Source: the human T2T-CHM13v2.0 reference genome, Homo sapiens. Taken from it: a stretch of DNA of 64,000 bases. Positions 1 to 13,800 of this stretch are shown here, one piece after another (positions within the stretch are counted from its first letter, which is position 1; each line of letters begins with the position of its first letter). The notes below the pieces were generated by a model. The model saw nothing but the letters and a program-made list of their open reading frames with translations. It was not told the origin of the DNA and searched no databases. The stretch is taken from the NCBI RefSeq assembly GCF_009914755.1, contig NC_060931.1; one strand, given 5' to 3'. A program made the translations under genes and the position numbers.

Positions 1-91
1 ACTCACATAGTTTAACCTTTCTTTTCATAGAGCAGTTTGGAAACACTCTGTTTGTAAAGTCTGCAAGTGGATATATGGACCGCATTGAGGC

Positions 92-108
92 CTTCGTTGG
101 AAACGGGA
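92..108 (+). promoter_or_regulatory. CENP-B box, canonical (first example; recurs in most dimers)
   Basis: CTTCGTTGGAAACGGGA is an exact match to the 17 bp CENP-B box. Confidence 0.97.
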
Positions 109-431
109 TTTCTTCATTTCATGCTAGACAGAAGAATTCTCAGTAACTTCTTTGTGCTGTGTGTATTCAACTCACAGAGTGCAACGTCCCTTTACACAGA
201 GCAGATTTGAAACACTCTTTTTGTGGAATTTGCAAGTGGAGATTTCAAGCGATTTGATGCCAACAGTAGAAAAGGAAATATCTTCAAATAAAAACTAGAC
301 AGAATCATTCTCAGAAACTACTTTGTGATGTGTGCCTTCAACTCGCAGAGTTTAACCTTTCTTTTCTTAGAGCAGTTTAGAAACACTCTGCTTGTTATGT
401 CTGCAAGTGGATATTTGGACCTCTTTGAGGC

Positions 432-448
432 CTTCGTTGCAAACGGGA
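432..448 (+). promoter_or_regulatory. CENP-B box variant with intact core (one per HOR unit)
   Basis: CTTCGTTGCAAACGGGA retains the essential NTTCGNNNNANNCGGGN positions. Confidence 0.9.
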
Positions 449-2135
449 TTTCTTCCTTTAATGCTAGACTAAGAAGAGTTCTCAGTAACTTTTTTGTGTT
501 GTGTGTATTCAACTCACAGAGTTGAACCTTGCTTTAGAGAGAGCAGATTTGAAACACTCTTGCTGTGGCATTTTCAGGTGGAGATTTCAAGCGATTTGAG
601 GACAATTGCAGAAAAGGAAATATCTTCGTATAATAACCAGACAGAATCATTCTCAGAAAGTGCTTTGTGATGTGTGCGTTCAACTCACAGAGTTTAACCT
701 TTCTTTTCATAGAGGAGTTTGGAAACACACTGTTTGTAAAGTCTGCATGTGGATATATGGACCTGTTTGAGGCCTTCGTTGGAAACGGGATTTCTTCATT
801 GAATGCTAGACGGAAGAATTCTCAGTAAATTCTTTGTGTTGTGTGCATTCAACTCACCGAGTGGAACGTCCCTTTAGACAGACCAGATTTGAAACACTCT
901 TTTTGCGAAATTTGGAAGTGGAGATTTCAAGCCATTTGATGCCAACAATAGAAAGGGAAATATCTTCAAATAAAAACTAGACAGAATCATTCTCAGAAAA
1001 TTCTTTGTGATGTGTGCGTTCAACTCACATAGTTTAACCTTTCTTTTCATAGAGCAGTTTGGAAACACTCTGTTTGTAAAGTCTGCAAGTAGATATATGG
1101 ACCGCTTTGAGGCCTTCGTTGGAAACGGGATTTCTTCATTTCATGCTAGACAGAAGAATTCTCAGTAACTCCTTTGTGTTGTGTGTATTCAACTCACAGT
1201 GTGGAACGTCCCTTTAGACAGAGCAGATTTGAAACACTCTTTTTGTGGAATTTGCAAGTGGAGATTTCAAGCGATTTGATGCCAGCAGTAGAAAAGGAAA
1301 TATCTTCTAATAAAAACTAGACAGAATCATTCTCAGAAACTACTTTGTGATGTGTGCCTTCAACTCACAGAGTTTAACCTTTCTTTTCTTAGAGCAGTTT
1401 AGAAACACTCTGCTGCTTATGTCTGCAAGTGGATATTTGGACCTCTTTGAGGCCTTCGTTGCAAACGGGATTTCTTCCTTTAATGCTAGACTAAGAAGAG
1501 TTCTCAGTAACTTTTTTGTGTTGTGTGTATTCAACTCACAGAGTTGAACCTTGCTTTAGAGAGAGCAGATTTGAAACACTCTTGCTGTGGCATTTTCAGG
1601 TGGAGATTTCAAGCGATTTGAGGACAATTGCAGAAAAGGAAATATCTTCGTATAATAACCAGACAGAATCATTCTCAGAAAGTGCTTTGTGATGTGTGCG
1701 TTCAACTCACAGAGTTTAACCTTTCTTTTCATAGAGGAGTTTGGAAACACACTGTTTGTAAAGTCTGCAAGTGGATATATGGACCTGTTTGAGGCCTTCG
1801 TTGGAAACGGGATTTCTTCATTGAATGCTAGACGGAAGAATTCTCAGTAAATTCTTTGTGTTGTGTGCATTCAACTCACAGAGTGGAACGTCCCTTTAGA
1901 CAGAGCAGATTTGAAACACTCTTTTTGCGGAATTTGCAATTGGAGATTTCTAGCCATTTGATGCCAACGGTAGAAAGGGAAATATCTTCAAATAAAAACT
2001 AGACAGAATCATCCTCAGAAAATTCTTTGTGATGTGTGCGTTCAACTCACATAGTTTAACCTTTCTTTTCATAGACCAGTTTGGAAACACTCTGTTGGTA
2101 ATGTCTGCAAGTGGATATATGGACCGCTTTGAGGA

Positions 2136-2152
2136 CTTCGTTGGAAACGGAA
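2136..2152 (+). promoter_or_regulatory. Degenerate CENP-B box in 10-mer (CGGG>CGGA)
   Basis: CTTCGTTGGAAACGGAA lacks an essential G. Repeated in most 10-mers. Confidence 0.85.
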
Positions 2153-2475
2153 TTTCTTAATTTCATGCTAGACAGAAGAATTCTCAGTAACTTCTTTGTG
2201 TTGTGTGTATTCAACTGACAGATTGGAATGTCCCATTACACAGAGCAGTTTTGAAACACTCTTTTTGTGGAATTTAAAAGTGGAGAATTCAAGCGATTTG
2301 ATGCCAAAAGTTGGAAAGGAAATATCTTCAAATAAAAATTAGACAGAATCATTCTCAGAAAATTCTTTGTGATGTGTGCGTTCAGCTCACATAGTTTAAC
2401 CTTTCTTTTCATAGAGCAGTTTCGAAACACACTGTTTGTAAAATCTGCAAGTGGATATATGTACCGCTTTGAGGC

Positions 2476-2492
2476 ATTCCTTGGAAACGGGA
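2476..2492 (+). promoter_or_regulatory. Degenerate CENP-B box in 10-mer (TTCG>TTCC)
   Basis: ATTCCTTGGAAACGGGA lacks the first CpG. Present in every 10-mer inspected. Confidence 0.87.
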
Positions 2493-5400
2493 TTTCTTCA
2501 TTGAATGCTAGACAGAAGAATTCTCAGTAAATTCTTTGTGTTGTGTGCATTCAACTCACCGAGTGGAACGTCCCTTTAGACAGAGCAGATTTGAAACAGT
2601 CTTTTTACGAAATTTGGAAGTGGAGATTTCAAGCCATTTGATGCCAACAATAGAAAGGGAAATATCTTCAAATAAAAACTAGACAGAATCATTCTCAGAA
2701 AATTCTTTGTGATGTGTGCGTTCAACTCACATAGTTTAACCTTTCTTTTCATAGAGCAGTTTGGAAACACTCTGTTTGTAAAGTCTGCAAGTAGATATAT
2801 GGACCGCTTTGAGGCCTTCGTTGGAAACGGGATTTCTTCATTTCATGCTAGACAGAAGAATTCTCAGTAACTCCTTTGTGTTGTGTGTATTCAACTCACA
2901 GTGTGGAACGTCCCTTTAGACAGAGCAGATTTGAAACACTCTTTTTGTGGAATTTGCAAGTGGAGATTTCAAGCGATTTGATGCCAGCAGTAGAAAAGGA
3001 AATATCTTCTAATAAAAACTAGACAGAATCATTCTCAGAAACTACTTTGTGATGTGTGCCTTCAACTCACAGAGTTTAACCTTTCTTTTCTTAGAGCAGT
3101 TTAGAAACACTCTGCTGCTTATGTCTGCAAGTGGATATTTGGACCTCTTTGAGGCCTTCGTTGCAAACGGGATTTCTTCCTTTAATGCTAGACTAAGAAG
3201 AGTTCTCAGTAACTTTTTTGTGTTGTGTGTATTCAACTCACAGAGTTGAACCTTGCTTTAGAGAGAGCAGATTTGAAACACTCTTGCTGTGGCATTTTCA
3301 GGTGGAGATTTCAAGCGATTTGAGGACAATTGCAGAAAAGGAAATATCTTCGTATAATAACCAGACAGAATCATTCTCAGAAAGTGCTTTGTGATGTGTG
3401 CGTTCAACTCACAGAGTTTAACCTTTCTTTTCATAGAGGAGTTTGGAAACACACTGTTTGTAAAGTCTGCAAGTGGATATATGGACCTGTTTGAGGCCTT
3501 CGTTGGAAACGGGATTTCTTCATTGAATGCTAGACGGAAGAATTCTCAGTAAATTCTTTGTGTTGTGTGCATTCAACTCACAGAGTGGAACGTCCCTTTA
3601 GACAGAGCAGATTTGAAACACTCTTTTTGCGGAATTTGCAATTGGAGATTTCTAGCCATTTGATGCCAACGGTAGAAAGGGAAATATCTTCAAATAAAAA
3701 CTAGACAGAATCATCCTCAGAAAATTCTTTGTGATGTGTGCGTTCAACTCACATAGTTTAACCTTTCTTTTCATAGACCAGTTTGGAAACACTCTGTTGG
3801 TAATGTCTGCAAGTGGATATATGGACCGCTTTGAGGACTTCGTTGGAAACGGAATTTCTTAATTTCATGCTAGACAGAAGAATTCTCAGTAACTTCTTTG
3901 TGTTGTGTGTATTCAACTGACAGATTGGAATGTCCCATTACACAGAGCAGTTTTGAAACACTCTTTTTGTGGAATTTAAAAGTGGAGAATTCAAGCGATT
4001 TGATGCCAAAAGTTGGAAAGGAAATATCTTCAAATAAAAATTAGACAGAATCATTCTCAGAAAATTCTTTGTGATGTGTGCGTTCAGCTCACATAGTTTA
4101 ACCTTTCTTTTCATAGAGCAGTTTCGAAACACACTGTTTGTAAAATCTGCAAGTGGATATATGTACCGCTTTGAGGCATTCCTTGGAAACGGGATTTCTT
4201 CATTGAATGCTAGACAGAAGAATTCTCAGTAAATTCTTTGTGTTGTGTGCATTCAACTCACCGAGTGGAACGTCCCTTTAGACAGAGCAGATTTGAAACA
4301 GTCTTTTTACGAAATTTGGAAGTGGAGATTTCAAGCCATTTGATGCCAACAATAGAAAGGGAAATATCTTCAAATAAAAACTAGACAGAATCATTCTCAG
4401 AAAATTCTTTGTGATGTGTGCGTTCAACTCACATAGTTTAACCTTTCTTTTCATAGAGCAGTTTGGAAACACTCTGTTTGTAAAGTCTGCAAGTAGATAT
4501 ATGGACCGCTTTGAGGCCTTCGTTGGAAACGGGATTTCTTCATTTCATGCTAGACAGAAGAATTCTCAGTAACTCCTTTGTGTTGTGTGTATTCAACTCA
4601 CAGTGTGGAACGTCCCTTTAGACAGAGCAGATTTGAAACACTCTTTTTGTGGAATTTGCAAGTGGAGATTTCAAGCGATTTGATGCCAGCAGTAGAAAAG
4701 GAAATATCTTCAAATAAAAACTAGACAGAATCATTCTCAGAAACTACTTTGTGATGTGTGCCTTCAACTCACAGAGTTTAACCTTTCTTTTCTTAGAGCA
4801 GTTTAGAAACACTCTGCTTCTTATGTCTGCAAGTGGATATTTGGACCTCTTTGAGGCCTTCGTTGCAAACGGGATTTCTTCCTTTAATGCTAGACTAAGA
4901 AGAGTTCTCAGTAACTTTTTTGTGTTGTGTGTATTCAACTCACAGAGTTGAACCTTGCTTTAGAGAGAGCAGATTTGAAACACTCTTGCTGTGGCATTTT
5001 CAGGTGGAGATTTCAAGCGATTTGAGGACAATTGCAGAAAAGGAAATATCTTCGTATAATAACCAGACAGAATCATTCTCAGAAAGTGCTTTGTGATGTG
5101 TGCGTTCAACTCACAGAGTTTAACCTTTCTTTTCATAGAGGAGTTTGGAAACACACTGTTTGTAAAGTCTGCAAGTGGATATATGGACCTGTTTGAGGCC
5201 TTCGTTGGAAACGGGATTTCTTCATTGAATGCTAGACGGAAGAATTCTCAGTAAATTCTTTGTGTTGTGTGCATTCAACTCACAGAGTGGAACGTCCCTT
5301 TAGACAGAGCAGATTTGAAACACTCTTTTTGCGGAATTTGCAATTGGAGATTTCTAGCCATTTGATGCCAACGGTAGAAAGGGAAATATCTTCAAATAAA

Positions 5401-8400
5401 AACTAGACAGAATCATCCTCAGAAAATTCTTTGTGATGTGTGCGTTCAACTCACATAGTTTAACCTTTCTTTTCATAGACCAGTTTGGAAACACTCTGTT
5501 GGTAATGTCTGCAAGTGGATATATGGACCGCTTTGAGGACTTCGTTGGAAACGGAATTTCTTAATTTCATGCTAGACAGAAGAATTCTCAGTAACTTCTT
5601 TGTGTTGTGTGTATTCAACTGACAGATTGGAATGTCCCATTACACAGAGCAGTTTTGAAACACTCTTTTTGTGGAATTTAAAAGTGGAGAATTCAAGCGA
5701 TTTGATGCCAAAAGTTGGAAAGGAAATATCTTCAAATAAAAATTAGACAGAATCATTCTCAGAAAATTCTTTGTGATGTGTGCGTTCAGCTCACATAGTT
5801 TAACCTTTCTTTTCATAGAGCAGTTTCGAAACACACTGTTTGTAAAATCTGCAAGTGGATATATGTACCGCTTTGAGGCATTCCTTGGAAACGGGATTTC
5901 TTCATTGAATGCTAGACAGAAGAATTCTCAGTAAATTCTTTGTGTTGTGTGCATTCAACTCACCGAGTGGAACGTCCCTTTAGACAGAGCAGATTTGAAA
6001 CAGTCTTTTTACGAAATTTGGAAGTGGAGATTTCAAGCCATTTGATGCCAACAATAGAAAGGGAAATATCTTCAAATAAAAACTAGACAGAATCATTCTC
6101 AGAAAATTCTTTGTGATGTGTGCGTTCAACTCACATAGTTTAACCTTTCTTTTCATAGAGCAGTTTGGAAACACTCTGTTTGTAAAGTCTGCAAGTAGAT
6201 ATATGGACCGCTTTGAGGCCTTCGTTGGAAACGGGATTTCTTCATTTCATGCTAGACAGAAGAATTCTCAGTAACTCCTTTGTGTTGTGTGTATTCAACT
6301 CACAGTGTGGAACGTCCCTTTAGACAGAGCAGATTTGAAACACTCTTTTTGTGGAATTTGCAAGTGGAGATTTCAAGCGATTTGATGCCAGCAGTAGAAA
6401 AGGAAATATCTTCAAATAAAAACTAGACAGAATCATTCTCAGAAACTACTTTGTGATGTGTGCCTTCAACTCACAGAGTTTAACCTTTCTTTTCTTAGAG
6501 CAGTTTAGAAACACTCTGCTTCTTATGTCTGCAAGTGGATATTTGGACCTCTTTGAGGCCTTCGTTGCAAACGGGATTTCTTCCTTTAATGCTAGACTAA
6601 GAAGAGTTCTCAGTAACTTTTTTGTGTTGTGTGTATTCAACTCACAGAGTTGAACCTTGCTTTAGAGAGTGCAGATTTGAAACACTCTTGCTGTGGCATT
6701 TTCAGGTGGAGATTTCAAGCGATTTGAGGACAATTGCAGAAAAGGAAATATCTTCGTATAATAACCAGAGAGAATCATTCTCAGAAAGTGCTTTGTGATG
6801 TGTGCGTTCAACTCACAGAGTTCAACCTTTCTTTTCATAGAGGAGTTTCGAAACACACTGTTTGTAAAGTCTGCAAGTGGATATATGGACCTGTTTGATG
6901 CCTTCGTTGGAAACGGGATTTTATCATATAATGCTAGACGGAAGAATTCTCAGTAAATTCTTTGTGTTGTGTGCATTCAACTCACAGAGTGGAACGTCCC
7001 TTTAGGCAAAGAAGATTTTAAACACTCTTTTTGCGGAATTTGCAGGTGGAGTTTTCTAGCCATTTGATGCCAACAGTAGAAAGGGAAATATCTTCAAATA
7101 AAAACCAGACAGAATCATTCTCAGAAAATTCTTTGTGATGTGTGCGTTCAACTCACATAGTTTAACCTTTCTTTTCATAGAGCCGTTTGGAAACACTCTG
7201 TTTGTAAAGTCTGCAAGTGGATATATGGACCGCATTGAGGCCTTCGTTGGAAACGGGATTTCTTCATTTCATGCTAGACAGAAGAATTCTCAGTAACTTC
7301 TTTGTGCTGTGTGTATTCAACTCACAGAGTGCAACGTCCCTTTACACAGAGCAGATTTGAAACACTCTTTTTGTGGAATTTGCAAGTGGAGATTTCAAGC
7401 GATTTGATGCCAACAGTAGAAAAGGAAATATCTTCAAATAAAAACTAGACAGAATCATTCTCAGAAACTACTTTGTGATGTGTGCCTTCAACTCGCAGAG
7501 TTTAACCTTTCTTTTCTTAGAGCAGTTTAGAAACACTCTGCTTGTTATGTCTGCAAGTGGATATTTGGACCTCTTTGAGGCCTTCGTTGCAAACGGTATT
7601 TCTTCCTTTAATGCTAGACTAAGAAGAGTTCTCAGTAACTTTTTTGTGTTGTGTGTATTCAACTCACAGAGTTGAACCTTGCTTTAGAGAGAGCAGATTT
7701 GAAACACTCTTGCTGTGGCATTTTCAGGTGGAGATTTCAAGCGATTTGAGGACAATTGCAGAAAAGGAAATATCTTCGTATAATAACCAGACAGAATCAT
7801 TCTCAGAAAGTGCTTTGTGATGTGTGCGTTCAACTCACAGAGTTTAACCTTTCTTTTCATAGAGGAGTTTGGAAACACACTGTTTGTAAAGTCTGCATGT
7901 GGATATATGGACCTGTTTGAGGCCTTCGTTGGAAACGGGATTTCTTCATTGAATGCTAGACGGAAGAATTCTCAGTAAATTCTTTGTGTTGTGTGCATTC
8001 AACTCACCGAGTGGAACGTCCCTTTAGACAGACCAGATTTGAAACACTCTTTTTGCGAAATTTGGAAGTGGAGATTTCAAGCCATTTGATGCCAACAATA
8101 GAAAGGGAAATATCTTCAAATAAAAACTAGACAGAATCATTCTCAGAAAATTCTTTGTGATGTGTGCGTTCAACTCACATAGTTTAACCTTTCTTTTCAT
8201 AGAGCAGTTTGGAAACACTCTGTTTGTAAAGTCTGCAAGTAGATATATGGACCGCTTTGAGGCCTTCGTTGGAAACGGGATTTCTTCATTTCATGCTAGA
8301 CAGAAGAATTCTCAGTAACTCCTTTGTGTTGTGTGTATTCAACTCACAGTGTGGAACGTCCCTTTAGACAGAGCAGATTTGAAACACTCTTTTTGTGGAA

Positions 8401-9518
8401 TTTGCAAGTGGAGATTTCAAGCGATTTGATGCCAGCAGTAGAAAAGGAAATATCTTCAAATAAAAACTAGACAGAATCATTCTCAGAAACTACTTTGTGA
8501 TGTGTGCCTTCAACTCACAGAGTTTAACCTTTCTTTTCTTAGAGCAGTTTAGAAACACTCTGCTTCTTATGTCTGCAACTGGATATTTGGACCTCTTTGA
8601 GGCCTTCGTTGCAAACGGGATTTCTTCCTTTAATGCTAGACTAAGAAGAGTTCTCAGTAACTTTTTTGTGTTGTGTGTATTCAACTCACAGAGTTGAACC
8701 TTGCTTTAGAGAGAGCAGATTTGAAACACTCTTGCTGTGGCATTTTCAGGTGGAGATTTCAAGCGATTTGAGGACAATTGCAGAAAAGGAAATATCTTCG
8801 TATAATAACCAGACAGAATCATTCTCAGAAAGTGCTTTGTGATGTGTGCGTTCAACTCACAGAGTTTAACCTTTCTTTTCATAGAGGAGTTTGGAAACAC
8901 ACTGTTTGTAAAGTCTGCATGTGGATATATGGACCTGTTTGAGGCCTTCGTTGGAAACGGGATTTCTTCATTGAATGCTAGACGGAAGAATTCTCAGTAA
9001 ATTCTTTGTGTTGTGTGCATTCAACTCACCGAGTGGAACGTCCCTTTAGACAGACCAGATTTGAAACACTCTTTTTGCGAAATTTGGAAGTGGAGATTTC
9101 AAGCCATTTGATGCCAACAATAGAAAGGGAAATATCTTCAAATAAAAACTAGACAGAATCATTCTCAGAAAATTCTTTGTGATGTGTGCGTTCAACTCAC
9201 ATAGTTTAACCTTTCTTTTCATAGAGCAGTTTGGAAACACTCTGTTTGTAAAGTCTGCAAGTAGATATATGGACCGCTTTGAGGCCTTCGTTGGAAACGG
9301 GATTTCTTCATTTCATGCTAGACAGAAGAATTCTCAGTAACTCCTTTGTGTTGTGTGTATTCAACTCACAGTGTGGAACGTCCCTTTAGACAGAGCAGAT
9401 TTGAAACACTCTTTTTGTGGAATTTGCAAGTGGAGATTTCAAGCGATTTGATGCCAGCAGTAGAAAAGGAAATATCTTCTAATAAAAACTAGACAGAATC
9501 ATTCTCAGAAACTACTTT

Positions 9519-10880
9519 GTGATGTGTGCCTTCAACTCACAGAGTTTAACCTTTCTTTTCTTAGAGCAGTTTAGAAACACTCTGCTTCTTATGTCTGCAA
9601 GTGGATATTTGGACCTCTTTGAGGCCTTCGTTGCAAACGGGATTTCTTCCTTTAATGCTAGACTAAGAAGAGTTCTCAGTAACTTTTTTGTGTTGTGTGT
9701 ATTCAACTCACAGAGTTGAACCTTGCTTTAGAGAGAGCAGATTTGAAACACTCTTGCTGTGGCATTTTCAGGTGGAGATTTCAAGCGATTTGAGGACAAT
9801 TGCAGAAAAGGAAATATCTTCGTATAATAACCAGAGAGAATCATTCTCAGAAAGTGCTTTGTGATGTGTGCGTTCAACTCACAGAGTTCAACCTTTCTTT
9901 TCATAGAGGAGTTTCGAAACACACTGTTTGTAAAGTCTGCAAGTGGATATATGGACCTGTTTGATGCCTTCGTTGGAAACGGGATTTTATCATATAATGC
10001 TAGACGGAAGAATTCTCAGTAAATTCTTTGTGTTGAGTGCATTCAACTCACAGAGTGGAACGTCCCTTTAGACAGAGAAGATTTTAAACACTCTTTTTGC
10101 GGAATTTGCAAGTGGAGTTTTCTAGCCATTTGATGCCAACAGTAGAAAGGGAAATATCTTCAAATAAAAACCAGACAGAATCATTCTCAGAAAATTCTTT
10201 GTGATGTGTGCGTTCAACTCACATAGTTTAACCTTTCTTTTCATAGAGCAGTTTCGAAACACACTGTTTGTAAAATCTGCAAGTGGATATATGTACCGCT
10301 TTGAGGCATTCCTTGGAAACGGGATTTCTTCATTGAATGCTAGACAGAAGAATTCTCAGTAAATTCTTTGTGTTGTGTGCATTCAACTCACCGAGTGGAA
10401 CGTCCCTTTAGACAGAGCAGATTTGAAACACTCTTTTTGCGAAATTTGGAAGTGGAGATTTCAAGCCATTTGATGCCAACAATAGAAAGGGAAATATCTT
10501 CAAATAAAAACTAGACAGAATCATTCTCAGAAAATTCTTTGTGATGTGTGCGTTCAACCCACATAGTTTAACCTTTCTTTTCATAGAGCAGTTTGGAAAC
10601 ACTCTGTTTGTAAAGTCTGCAAGTAGATATATGGACCGCTTTGAGGCCTTCGTTGGAAACGGGATTTCTTCATTTCATGCTAGACAGAAGAATTCTCAGT
10701 AACTTCTTTGTGTTGTGTGTATTCAACTCACAGAGTGGAACGTCCCTTTAGACAGAGCAGATTTGAAACACTCTTTTTGTGGAATTTGCAAGTGGAGATT
10801 TCAAGCGATTTGATGCCAGCAGTAGAAAAGGAAATATCTTCAAATAAAAACTAGACAGAATCATTCTCAGAAACTACTTT
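9519..10880 (+). repeat. Single 8-mer HOR variant (1,362 bp)
   Basis: Anchor spacing 9519 to 10881 equals 4 dimers plus 2 bp. Confidence 0.9.
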
Positions 10881-13800
10881 GTGATGTGTGCCTTCAACTC
10901 ACAGAGTTTAACCTTTCTTTTCTTAGAGCAGTTTAGAAACACTCTGCTTCTTATGTCTGCAAGTGGATATTTGGACCTCTTTGAGGCCTTCGTTGCAAAC
11001 GGGATTTCTTCCTTTAATGCTAGACTAAGAAGAGTTCTCAGTAACTTTTTTGTGTTGTGTGTATTCAACTCACAGAGTTGAACCTTGCTTTAGAGAGAGC
11101 AGATTTGAAACACTCTTGCTGTGGCATTTTCAGGTGGAGATTTCAAGCGATTTGAGGACAACTGCAGAAAAGGAAATATCTTCGTATAATAACCAGACAG
11201 AATCATTCTCAGAAAGTGCTCTGTGATGTGTGCGTTCAACTCACAGAGTTTAACCTTTCTTTTCATAGAGGAGTTTCGAAACACACTGTTTGTAAAGTCT
11301 GCAAGTGGATATATGGACCTGTTTGAGGCCTTCGGTGGAAACGGGATTTTATCATATAATGCTAGACGGAAGAATTCTCAGTAAATTCTTTGTGTTGTGT
11401 GCATTCAACTCACAGAGTGGAACGTCCCTTTAGACAGAGAAGATTTTAAACACTCTTTTTGCGGAATTTGCAAGTGGAGTTTTCTAGCCATTTGATGCCA
11501 ACAGTAGAAAGGGAAATATCTTCAAATAAAAACCAGACAGAATCATTCTCAGAAAATTCTTTGTGATGTGTGCGTTCAACTCACATAGTTTAACCTTTCT
11601 TTTCATAGAGCAGTTTGGAAACACTCTGTTTGTAAAGTCTGCAAGTGGATATATGGACCGCATTGAGGCCTTCGTTGGAAACGGGATTTCTTCATTTCAT
11701 GCTAGACAGAAGAATTCTCAGTAACTTCTTTATGCTGTGTGTATTCAACTCACAGAGTGCAACGTCCCTTTACACAGAGCAGATTTGAAACACTCTTTTT
11801 GTGGAATTTGCAAGTGGAGATTTCAAGCGATTTGATGCCAACAGTAGAAGAGGAAATATCTTCAAATAAAAACTAGACAGAATCATTCTCAGAAACTACT
11901 TTGTGATGTGTGCCTTCAACTCGCAGAGTTTAACCTTTCTTTTCTTAGAGCAGTTTAGAAACACTCTGCTTGTTATGTCTGCAAGTGGATATTTGGACCT
12001 CTTTGAGGCCTTCGTTGCAAACGGGATTTCTTCCTTTAATGCTAGACTAAGAAGAGTTCTCAGTAACTTTTTTGTGTTGTGTGTATTCAACTCACAGAGA
12101 TGAACCTTGCTTTAGAGAGAGCAGATTTGAAACACTCTTGCTGTGGCATTTTCAGGTGGAGATTTCAAGCGATTTGAGGACAATTGCAGAAAAGGAAATA
12201 TCTTCGTATAATAACCAGACAGAATCATTCTCAGAAAGTGCTTTGTGATGTGTGCGTTCAACTCACAGAGTTTAACCTTTCTTTTCATAGAGGAGTTTGG
12301 AAACACACTGTTTGTAAAGTCTGCAAGTGGATATATGGACCTGTTTGAGGCCTTCGTTGGAAACGGGATTTCTTCATTGAATGCTAGACGGAAGAATTCT
12401 CAGTAAATTCTTTGTGTTGTGTGCATTCAACTCACAGAGTGGAACGTCCCTTTATACAGAGCAGATTTGAAACACTCTTTTTGCGGAATTTGCAATTGGA
12501 GATTTCTAGCCACTTGATGCCAACGGTAGAAAGGGAAATATCTTCAAATAAAAACTAGACAGAATCATCCTCAGAAAATTCTTTGTGATGTGTGCGTTCA
12601 ACTCACATAGTTTAACCTTTCTTTTCATAGACCAGTTTGGAAACACTCTGTTGGTAATGTCTGCAAGTGGATATATGGACCGCTTTGAGGACTTCGTTGG
12701 AAACGGAATTTCTTAATTTCATGCTAGACAGAAGAATTCTCAGTAACTTCTTTGTGTTGTGTGTATTCAACTGACAGATTGGAATGTCCCATTACACAGA
12801 GCAGTTTTGAAACACTCTTTTTGTGGAATTTAAAAGTGGAGAATTCAAGCGATTTGATGCCAAAAGTTGGAAAGGAAATATCTTCAAATAAAAATTAGAC
12901 AGAATCATTCTCAGAAAATTCTTTGTGATGTGTGCGTTCAGCTCACATAGTTTAACCTTTCTTTTCATAGAGCAGTTTCGAAACACACTGTTTGTAAAAT
13001 CTGCAAGTGGATATATGTACCGCTTTGAGGCATTCCTTGGAAACGGGATTTCTTCATTGAATGCTAGACAGAAGAATTCTCAGTAAATTCTTTGTGTTGT
13101 GTGCATTCAACTCACCGAGTGGAACGTCCCTTTAGACAGAGCAGATTTGAAACACTCTTTTTGCGAAATTTGGAAGTGGAGATTTCAAGCCATTTGATGC
13201 CAACAATAGAAAGGGAAATATCTTCAAATAAAAACTAGACAGAATCATTCTCAGAAAATTCTTTGTGATGTGTGCGTTCAACTCACATAGTTTAACCTTT
13301 CTTTTCATAGAGCAGTTTGGAAACACTCTGTTTGTAAAGTCTGCAAGTAGATATATGGACCGCTTTGAGGCCTTCGTTGGAAACGGGATTTCTTCATTTC
13401 GTGCTAGACAGAAGAATTCTCAGTAACTTCTTTGTGTTGTGTGTATTCAACTCACAGAGTGGTACGTCCCTTTAGACAGAGAAGATTTGAAACACTCTTT
13501 TTGTGGAATTTGCAAGTGGAGATTTCAATCGATTTGATGCCAGCAGTAGAAAAGGAAATATCTTCAAATAAAAACTAGACAGAATCATTCTCAGAAACTT
13601 CTTTGTGATGTGTGCCTTCAACTCACAGAGTTTAACCTTTCTTTTCTTAGAGCAGTTTAGAAACACTCTGCTTCTTATGTCTGCAAGTGGATATTTGGAC
13701 CTCTTTGAGGCCTTCGTTGCAAACGGGATTTCTTCCTTTAATGCTAGACTAAGAAGAGTTCTCAGTAACTTTTTTGTGTTGTGTGTATTCAACTCACAGA

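Larger units (their letters stand above)
1347..6452 (+). repeat. Three tandem near-identical 10-mer HORs
   Basis: 1,702 bp period. All three share the variant AAACAGTCTTTTTACGAAA (~2600, ~4300, ~6005). Confidence 0.92.

Noticed and set aside
13472-13792. Longest ORF (106 aa), and the 90 aa ORFs at 39368, 44816 and 48562
   Set aside because: Each arises from a single substitution removing a stop codon in one repeat copy (AAACTTCTTTG; CAGTATATTC). There is no coding evidence.
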